From Vitrella brassicaformis CCMP3155 (taxonomy: Eukaryota; Protista; Chromerida): DNA of 27,332 nucleotides. The stretch is taken from assembly GCA_001179505.1 (NCBI GenBank), contig CDMY01000722.1, positions 1 to 27,332 on the forward strand, in the 5' to 3' direction. The stretch's first letter is position 1. Every line of letters begins with the position of its first letter. Below, piece after piece: positions 9,984-19,539 of the stretch. The translations under genes were made by a program, and so were the position numbers. Under the pieces are notes generated by a model. That model was not told where the DNA came from, searched no databases, and worked only from the letters and a program-made list of their open reading frames with translations.

Positions 9984-12900
9984 ATGATCTCGGTGATGGG
10001 TGGCTCTCGCGTCCTCTATCTCGTTGCGGCTCTCCTGGCGGCCTTGCCACTGCTCGTTTCCAGCAAGGAGAACTTCAACGTCGAAGTCGAGTTGATCTCG
10101 CCATGGCCGTCCGTCTCCCCCGTGGCCGAGCTGTTCGAACTCATGACCGACTTTGACCCACACGAGGCCCTCTCCTTCCTATACGACCTCACTGAGGCCG
10201 CCCAGGCCGCCCCCGCCACGTCGAGAATCGACATCGCATTCGACACGTTGCAGCGCTTCATCAAATCGCCCCTCACCCTGACCTTCCTGGACATGTGTGC
10301 GAGCAACCACCTGCACTCGCCCAAGGTGGAGATGTTCCGTACCCTTGAGAGGGACGCCTTGGCGCATTTCCCCGGGCTGATGCATCGCTGCAACTCGTCA
10401 TGGGCGATCGTGCACCCTCCCGCGTGTGACGGCGGGGTGCCCTCAGGGATGCCCATATCGGCTTGCGACCCGGTTTCCCTCAAGGAGGCGGTCTCGCGCG
10501 TCGACCGCACAGTCAGCGCCCACATGGATAGGGCCGACTCTCCGTGGTGCACCATCGACTACCCCTATGGCTTCACCGTCGTCAAACACCACGAACACTT
10601 CATGCGGCGGCCGGCCGTCAACCAGACGGGCAGGCCTGTGGGGATGGTGGTTGTGTACGGTGACCTGGAGGACCCGTCAGTGGACGGCATGGTGTCGGCT
10701 GTGCGTGCCATGGTGGACGAGTGGGATCGGGCAGAGGGGAGCATGGGCATGGGCATGGAGTGGGGGGCGGTGTTCAGACACGGCGAAATGACGTCGAGCG
10801 CCAGGCGGCCGGGGAGGTATGACTATCTGTCTGGCTTTGGGATGGAGCTGGCGGTCAAGAGCAGCGAATACAAGGCGGGTCAGTGAGGGAGTGAGGGCAT
10901 CGATGCACTGAGAGGAGGGGTCACATGGTCATTGGTGTGACTTTGTGTGTGTGTGTGGATGGATGGATGGATGGATCAGTTGACGAGAAGGATGTGGATC
11001 AGAAGGGCGGGATGAAGGCTGAAGACGACAAGGGTGACAGGGATGACACTGACGATGACGAGGCGGTGGAGGACGCTTTGCAAAGGGAAAAGGAATCACT
11101 CACAGACAATAACGGTACACACACACACGCGCACACACACGGCCAATCGAGAAGGGTTGACGACCACCCATGGTCTGTGTGCAGGTGAGGGTCTTGAAGG
11201 TCTTCTGTTCGCGACACTCGGCAGCCGGTATCCCTCCCTCACTCCCCACCTGGCGGCCTACCAGGAGTCCCTCGACACTGAGCTCGACTCTGATGAACTG
11301 CTCAAGGCTTGGCAGCTGGAGAAACTGGGTCAATTCGAACACACCATACCATACATACCAATGACGAAGTCAATTTACGTGCTTTGCTGTTGTCTGCTTC
11401 CTTCTGTCTGTCATGGTGGTGCAGGTCTGCAGGCGGTGAGCAAGGCCATGTCCAGCACCAACCCCCTCTACACTCTCATCCAAATCGGACAAAACTTCCC
11501 CGCACAGGTCTGTCTGTCTGTAAAGGAAGGGTACACACGCAGACAGACACTGGAGCCCGTCACCCGCCAACATCTCTTCTCTGCGGCAGGCCCTCCGTCT
11601 GTCCAAAGTGTCGGTGCTGCCCACGGTCGAGAAGGCCCTCAACCGGCTGCACCGGCGTGTCTACGAGCGGTCGACCTTCCTCTCACTCAACGGCCGCTGG
11701 GCGAGGCCCTCCGACCTGACTACCCTCCAGCTGCTCAAAGACCTCGGCCCCGTGTTCCTGGGACTGGAGCTGCTGCAGCGGCTGGGCCTGCCGTCCACTG
11801 CCGCCGTCAAGCTGCTGTCGTCCTCTGCGCGGGGGATGGAGGCGTCGCGGGTGGACTGGCGGCCGCGGAAGGACGAGGGGGGGAGTGTGGGTGGCATGGC
11901 GGCCATCTTCGATGTGACGAGTGACGAGGCGACGCAGGACTGGTACGACCTGTCGGCGTTGCTTTACATGTGGCCGAGGAACCTGGCACCCGTGCGGGCA
12001 CCCCTTTACCAAGTTGTGATGGTGATGGACCCCCTGGATGGGCCCGTGCTGTCCCTGGCCGGCAAGATGCTCATGCGGCGACTGCCAATGAAGCTCTGGT
12101 TCGCATTCGTCCCGTCGACAGAGGAGCAGCCCGACGCGACATGGGACGAGGAGCTGCTCGGCGCCCCGCCGGCGTGGGTCGTGGCAGCGCGTGACGCCAT
12201 CCCCTCCGTCGCCCCCTCATCCAGGTCCCCCGCCTTCATCTCGCGCGTCATTGCCGAGTGCTACGGGCAGCTGCTGAAGAAGGGCAAGTACAAGACGCAG
12301 AAGAACGCGCGAAAGTTCGTGTCGTCGCTCGTGAGCCTGGTCACCTCCCAAGAGAAAAAGCAGAAGAAGGCGGCCGCAAAGGACACCAAGGACACACCCC
12401 CATTGCACTCACAGCAGGCCCCCACCACCCCGCCCACCCTGACCGAGAGCGAGATCAAGAAGGTGTTCGTGAGCTCTGGCGGGGATCAGCCCCTGTGGGA
12501 CACCATATGGTCCGGGAAGGTGCACCAGTACAGCGACGGCATGGCGGCGTACGTGGCGGAGAAGGGCCTGCAGAGCGGGACAGCGATGGTCAACGGGCGG
12601 CTGGTGGGGCGGGACCGGCTGCTGGCCACCGACAGCGACCCCTTCATCAGGTACATGCAGTACGACCAGGAAGAGTTCCAACGGGCTCTCATGACCGGTG
12701 CGTTAGGCACAACACACACTACACACGGCCCGCCCCACGACGGGACACTCTCACTGCTGCTGTGCTTGGGTGTGCAGGGTGGCTGGATGAGGACACCGAC
12801 CCAGCGGAGGCGATTCTGACGGACGGCGGCTTTCCCTCGGCCTATCCCGGCATCGTGCCGCTGCCAGAGGACGCCGAGGAGAACGCGCCACCAGAGGTGG

Positions 12901-14520
12901 CTGCTTCGACTATCGGTGAGAATTGACCCATTCAAGAAGACCGCGCGTGTGTGGATGTGTATGTGAATGTGTATTGTTTGTCGGGCCTGGCAGGCCCCGC
13001 GACCATCTCTTATGCCAATGTTGACGCGGGGCTGCTGAGACAGCTGCCGTGGGTCGAGGCGGAACCCGAAAGGTACGCGCGTGAGCATCGCCACCATTCG
13101 TCCTTCCATCCATCCATCCATCCATCCATATGTGTCTGTCTGTGTGTCTGTATATATCAGCACCAAGGACCCCCTGCTGCCCGTGCTGCACACCCTCATC
13201 CTGCCCCTCCCCTCCTCATGGTGGACCCTCCTCGACACCTTCGCCGACCACCTGCTCGACCTGCAGAAAAGGACCGACACAAAGGACCCCCACGCCGTCA
13301 AATCCCGACTCGCTATCGTCGTGGCAGACTCTCCTGACGACCTTCCAGCAGCAGCAACAGCAGCAGCAGCAACATCGGTTCTGCGCGCGTGCCTGCAAGT
13401 GGCCATGCGGACAGATGATGCCGCAACCGCCATGGACGAGGAGAACGAGGCCTCTGTTAGCGCGCGTGAGAAGCTCAAGTTCCTGCGCTACCTTGGGATG
13501 ACCGGCCGGACGGCTGGGGCCATCAAGAGGAGGGCGGGGATGGGTGAGCTGAGTGCGGGCGAGGTGGGGGATCTGTGTCGGATGGGCATGGCCAAGAAGA
13601 TAAACCCCGCGGCGAGCAAGAGGCTGGTCGGGGAGTTTGACAAGGTTGTCAAGGGGACAAAGGGTGGTGGTGGGGTGGTGGATGGGGTGGAGGCGGAAAT
13701 CCTGAGATCGGTCGACTTCGATGACGTCACTAGTAAGCGAATGAGAGAGCATAGCATCTGTGTGGAGAGGGAGGTTGTGCCATGGTTCGTTTCGTGTGTG
13801 TCAGGGAGGCATCCAGGCGAAGATGTGGCGCTGGTCCTCACCAACGGCCGCAAGACCGTCCTTCACCGGCCGCGAGACGCTGTCCCCCCTGCTGTCAGCA
13901 GCAACACGTCCTCCTCCCTCCCCGCTCCCTCCCCCCCATTCCTCCCCTGCCATGTCAGCCTGCTCGAGTACCTCGCACACACACGGGAAGGCCCACAGAG
14001 CTCCAGGGAGTCCATCACGGCCATACTCAGCAACACCACCACCGACCCCTATCTGATAGCCTCTGCGTCGGGGATCCGTGCCGCGTACACGGCGCACAAC
14101 ACGGATTTCTGGAGCGTGCCGGAGCAGGTCTACGAGCAGACCAAGGGGGCCATCCAGCTGCACCTCGCGCCAGTGGATGCGGAGGTGCCGCCGCCTGTGA
14201 GGATAGTCGGGGTGATCGATCCGCTCAGCAGTGTGGCCCAGGGGCTGCTGCCGATCTTTGAGATGCTCCACATATGCCTCAACGCCGAGGTAAGACGGCA
14301 AACAGAGGGACGGAGTGCTGTGGTATGGTGGTGGTGGTGGTCTCAGTCTCTCTCTATCTGTGTCTCGTGTGTGCAAGGTTCAAGTGGTGTTGAATCCCGC
14401 GACCCGCTATGCCGAGTATCCGCTGAAGCGCTACTATCGGCAGGTCATGGCATGGCCCAAGCGGGGATTCTTCAATCCCACGGGAGTCAAAGGTGCACCT
14501 TCCCCCCTCTCACCAACACA

Positions 14521-14552
<32 letters not shown>

Positions 14553-17136
14553 AAGCCGTCCATCCATCCACTGTGTGTGTGGTTGTTTTGCCATCTCTGT
14601 ATCTTCAGAGCGTGCCACCGACGTGCCCCGAGCGGTGTTCAGCGGGCTGACGACCCAGCACACCCTGACGGCGGCCATGCATGTGCTGCCCTCCTGGCTG
14701 GTGCGGGCCTACGAGGCCGAGAAGGACCTCGACAACCTGCGGCTAGTCGACCTCGGCGCACCCAACCCTTCACAAGGATGCAGGCACGCTCGCTCACACG
14801 CACCGACACCAAATGGGGGGAAAGCACACCTCTCTCTCTTTGTTGTGTGTGTAGGGGCACTGTGCGAGCGGTGTACATGCTCAACCATCTGTTCCTGGAG
14901 GGGCAGATCTACGAGTTCAACGAGCGGGGTCAGCCCCTCGGCAGCCCCGCCGGCGTCTATCTCGCGCTGCAGAAGCCTCCCATGGCCAGATTCCCCCTGC
15001 CAACCACCACCACCACCGACACTGACGCACACAACGCATCCATGTCATCACAGAACAGGACGGCCACCGACGAGCAGCAGCAGCAGCAGGAGCCGCCCCC
15101 GCTGCACGACACTCAGGTGATGCGCAATCTGGGTTACTTCCAGCTCAAGGCCAATCCCGGCGTCTTTGTGGTGGAGATTGCGTACCCCGACCCAGCCACC
15201 GACGACAACCCTCCACCAGGTGAGATAGATGAGTCCGTGAAAAGCCTGCATCTCACCGGGGGGTGTCTGTGATGTGGATGCCTGTCTGTGTCTGTGTCTG
15301 TCTGTGGCTGTCAGCTCCTGTGGAGATCTCGTCGTTCTTCACTCAGCCGCACGTCATCAAGCTGCAGAAGCCGAGTGACGCCGATGCGGCCAAGGGCGGG
15401 GACAAGAAAAAGAGCGGCACCAGCGGGCAGGAGGACAAGCCAGGGTTCTGGAAGAGCCTCACGGGGCTGTTCAAAGGTACGCACCCACCACCACGAGAGA
15501 GAATGGATGGATGATGGGACGGGTGGTGGATGGTGTATGGGTGCAGGGGAGAACAAGACAACTGACGTGAGCTCCTCCTGTCCGACGGTGCACATATTCT
15601 CCCTTGCGTCTGGCCACCTGTACGAGCGGCTGCTGCGGATCATGATCAAGTCTGTGCGGCAGAACACCCGCTGTCCGCTGCACTTCTGGTTCATCGACAA
15701 CTTCCTCAGCCCCAAGTTCAGGGAACTCATCTCCTACATGGCCGCCAGGTAAGCTTGTAGACGTGCACTGCAACTGGATGGAGGCCAATCTATCCACGTG
15801 TGTTTGGTGTGCGTGTCAACATGTTATCAGGTATTCCTTCGATTACCAGTTTGTGACCTACAAGTGGCCGAGCTGGCTGAACCCCCAGACGGAGAAGCAG
15901 CGGCTCATCTGGGCCTACAAGATCCTCTTCCTCGACGTGCTCTTCCCCACCTGGCTCAACAGGGTCATCTACATCGACGCCGACCAGATCGTCAGGGCCG
16001 ATGTGCGCGAGCTGTGGGACATGGACCTCAAGGGCAAGGTCTACGGCTACACGCCCTTCTGCTCGGAGGGGCCGGGGAGCAATGCCGCCACCGAGGGCTT
16101 CCGCTTCTGGAAGCAGGGCTACTGGAAGAACCATCTGGGAGACCTCTCTTACCACATCAGGTGAGAAGGTGGGGGTCTGTGGTGCGGGGGAGAGGGGAGA
16201 GTGCCTTATCTGATGGGTGTGATGTGTGTCGCGTGTGCGTTGCATCAGCGCCTTGTATGTGGTGGACCTGAAGGAGTTCAGGCGGCAAGGGGCGGGTACG
16301 CTACGCCGATCGATCTCCACTGACGTCATTCATTGCCATATGCTATGCTATTATGTGCCCCTTGTGTTGTGTGTCGGTTTGCCCACCCCACCGTGGGCTC
16401 ACTCACTCACCGCACCCAGGTGACCGTCTCCGGTCGGTGTACAACCAGCTGAGTCGCGACAAGAACAGCCTGGCCAATCTGGACCAGGACCTACCAAACT
16501 ACGCTCAGCACGACATACCCATTTTCTCACTCCCGCAGGTCAGCTCAGCTCAGCCACACATGACATAATGACAGACACACATACAGGACATACAGCACCG
16601 ACACACGCCAGACACACCTCCACGACTCTCTCCCTCACTTTGTCTCCCTCTCTCTGCCTGTCGTGTGTGATGTGAAGGAGTGGTTGTGGTGTGAGACGTG
16701 GTGTGCCAACGAGACGATGCCGATGGCCAAGACGATTGACCTTTGCAACAACCCCCTCACCAAGGAACCCAAGCTGCACCAGGCCAAGAGGATCGTCAAG
16801 GAATGGACAGACTATGACGAGGTAGGGAGGCACCTGACCCGAGCGCCGCGACACAGAACACACACAGCTGGGAAGAGAGGGCCACACACCTTCATGAGAC
16901 AGACACCTGGTGGGATGTGTGTGTGTGTGCGTGCGCAGGAGATCCGTGCGTTTGAGTTGGAAGTGGAGAATATGTTCAGTCTTGATCAGAGCAGCGTCGC
17001 CAACGACACCATCTCGGTCACCGTCAACCCCGCAGCAGAGTCCCCTACCGGCAGCAGCAGCAGGCAATCCCGGCCATCCCCCCCTCCCTCCCCACCCTCA
17101 TCTGGCCAACATGAGCCACCACACGACGAGCTGTAG
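9984..17136 (+). CDS. UGGT: UDP-glucose:glycoprotein glucosyltransferase (GT24), ~1830-1855 aa, ER lumen
   Basis: Exons 9984-10878, 10980-11114, 11185-11328, 11425-11507, 11590-12697, 12778-12915, 12994-13072, 13161-14289 (possible 72-nt intron 13733-13804), 14378-14492, 14609-14783, 14855-15219, 15315-15476, 15547-15748, 15831-16160, 16249-16295, 16420-16538, 16678-16821, 16939-17136; 5568 nt in phase. Signal peptide; [15 protein letters not shown]; PLKRYYR; DLDNLRL; [19 protein letters not shown]; KWPSWL…[19 protein letters not shown]; YIDADQIV; SALYVVDL; DQDLPN; EWLWCETWC; [16 protein letters not shown]; C-terminal HDEL. Confidence 0.97.
14784..14854 (+). other. Non-canonical GC-AG intron in UGGT
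   Basis: No usable GT donor lies between the [10 protein letters not shown] exon and the GTVRAVY exon. CAG|GCACGC mirrors the common local donor GTACGC and gives the required phase 2 join to gtgtgtag|G. Confidence 0.75.
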
Positions 17137-17194
17137 AGCTGTAGGTAGCCACGTGTGTGGTTCGGTGTGTGTGTGTGTTGTGGTGTGTAGACAC

Positions 17195-17197
<3 letters not shown>

Positions 17198-17224
<27 letters not shown>
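17198..17224. repeat. (CAGA)n microsatellite downstream of UGGT
   Basis: gacagacagacagacagacagacagac read directly. Confidence 0.85.
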
Positions 17225-17225
<1 letters not shown>

Positions 17226-18007
17226 GGCAGGGGCCCCTATCGCATTCGTTGGCGCGTGAGCGCACAGCACCAGTCAGCTGCGTGTTTCTGGGTCGTCTGT
17301 GTGTGGGTGTGTGTGAGTGTGTGCGTGACTTGAGGTGTCGTGTTTGTCGTGTGTCCATCGTCCATCGCCGCCCCGCGAAGGCCGGGGGGTTTTGTGTTTG
17401 ACCGATTGGCCAAACCGACAAGTGGTGGAATGAGAAGTGAGACTGAGTGGAGGAGGGGTACCGTACCATAGTGCTAACTAATTCAGGTCAGTCATGGTAT
17501 GCTGGTGACTCACGGGCTGGCTGGCCTGCTGCTGCATTCGATGATGCGTGTGCATCGCATCATGATCTCTTCATGCGCAACAACCACATTGTGACGCCAG
17601 TCTTAGTTGATGGCGTGGTGCGACAGACTGTGTGGCGTGGCGCGGTGTGGTGTGGTGTCTGTGCGTGGGCATCCCACGCGTGTGTGTCGTGTGTATCAAT
17701 GGCGAACGGCTATTCAAGGGACCGTAATTAATATATATTCGATGCATGCATAAACATCACTTCCCTCCATGTGTGTTGGGTCGGATCAGCAGACGGAGTG
17801 AGTGGGTCGTCGCCATCACACACAAATATAATTACGAAACACACACCACCACACCCTTCCATGCCCAGGCCTGTGCAGTGCAAGTGTCACTCATAGCTCA
17901 TATACAATGAATGCATCGCATAAGCCCTCTCGACAACGGCATATATCACGGGTCAGTCACGCCTCCTCTGGTCTGTCAGTCAGTCCATTGACCCGTCAGT
18001 CAGTCAG

Positions 18008-19263
18008 TCAGTCATTCATTGGAACCGACATGGGCAGCAGGCCCTTGGCCTTCTTCTCTCGCAGCTGCTGCCGAAACATAGAATGCGCCTCCTGCACACA
18101 CACACCGCACCGCATCCAACACCACACAAACACAGACACCCATCCCATAATAATGTCAGTCATTGCAATGCGCGTCCACATAGACATCCATCTGCCCACT
18201 TACCTCCCAGCGCTTCTGTGTGTCGGGGTCGATCTTGCGGTCCTCAATACTGTCAGTACACAGCAAATGAGCAGCACAGATCAGATCAGATCCATCGCCC
18301 CGCTCCCCCTTCTACCAGTATCCTCTCGGTGTGCCATGCCCATTATCTTATCACTCACACCTGGCCGTGTCGATTTTGGGGTCGCCCTGGAAGATGCAGC
18401 TCCACCACACAAAGAAACCGAGCTCCGCGGCTCGCTCGCTCTTCTGCAAAGTCAGCTGCACCAGCCGACGAGATGGCCTCGGTGGCGCAGACGATGCAGC
18501 GGCGCTGCCGTTGGTGGTGGTGGTGGTGGTGACCTGGGTGTCGTCAAAGTCGATGACTTCCCACGTCCAGCTGTCCTCGTCTGTCTTGACGCGATGCTCC
18601 AACGCACCATCCACCACTGCAGTGCAGTGCAGCAGAGAGGAACAGAGAACAAAGTGTGCGTGTCTGGATGGATCTCTCTGCTGTCGGCTGGCTCGGATAC
18701 CTTACCTGTCTGTCCTTTGCAGGTGACGGTGAGGTGCTGCTCGTCCAGGTTGATGCGGACATCCCGCGCACCGGTGTCTGGCGGCACCATGACGCTCACT
18801 GTCAGGCCATAGCGCGACTGAGACCTGAATGAAGGGAAAGGCCTTGAGCGATGCACATCATGGCCCCTCCTCTCGTCCCTCTCCCTGACCAGTAGTATCT
18901 GTCAGTGGCCCCGCCATTCCTCGTCAGATCCGCTGGGCCAGGCCGCCTCGTTCCGCACACAATGGGAGGGCGCGTGTCGATGTCCATCGGCTCGTTAGCA
19001 GGCCACTCATCGCCTCCGTCGTCATCATCATCACCCTGATCCAGATCTTCGATTTCCTCGATCCGCGGTGGGGCGGGAGCGGCAGCAGCAGCACTTGCCG
19101 GCGGCTGGATGAGCGCCTCGTCCTTTCTACCGCCACCGAACGTCACCTTTTGCGGCGCATCGAATCTCGTGACTGTCGGCTGCCTGCGGCTGCTTTTCTC
19201 TTGCTCATCGTCGTCGCTGACGTCGATGTGGTCCCATTTGGAGTAGTCTATCGGCTTGGCCAT
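18008..19263 (-). CDS. NudC-like CS (p23/HSP20-fold) domain protein, probable Hsp90 co-chaperone (292 aa, 5 exons)
   Basis: Minus-strand exons 19263-18890, 18824-18706, 18616-18361, 18249-18204, 18091-18008 total 879 nt, in phase. NudC CS signature RYYWSQSRYGLTVSVMVP…DVRINLDEQHLTV…VVDGALEHRVKTDEDSWTWEV…LTLQK…WWSCIFQGDPKIDT. N-terminus IDYSKWDHIDVSDDDE. Confidence 0.88.
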
Positions 19264-19539
19264 GCTTGGGGGAAGAAAGGAAGCCGCACAAGATCGGCCG
19301 TAAGCTCGCCTTTCTCCGGGTGCTCTGTTGCGAATTCTGCACTCATTTCAGACGTGAGTGTCCTGGCGAGATCGGCCTCCTCGATAGAAGCGTCGGTTGA
19401 GAGAGAGGCCATCGCTCACAGGATTCTGCTCGACAGATCTCTCCTTGCTTGTACGGAAGGAATGGGTGACGAGAATGCATTTTGCCGTCAGTGATGCATG
19501 CCTGTGTGCTCTTCTCGTCAGCCGTGTGCGGGTGACGCC
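19264..19539. promoter_or_regulatory. Putative bidirectional promoter (NudC-like gene / FG-insert gene), with two AGATCGGCC copies and a possible 5'-UTR intron 19451-19521
   Basis: 276 bp between divergent ATGs. AGATCGGCC at 19291-19299 and 19369-19377. GTACGG…CTCGTCAG could form a 71-nt UTR intron. Confidence 0.45.
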
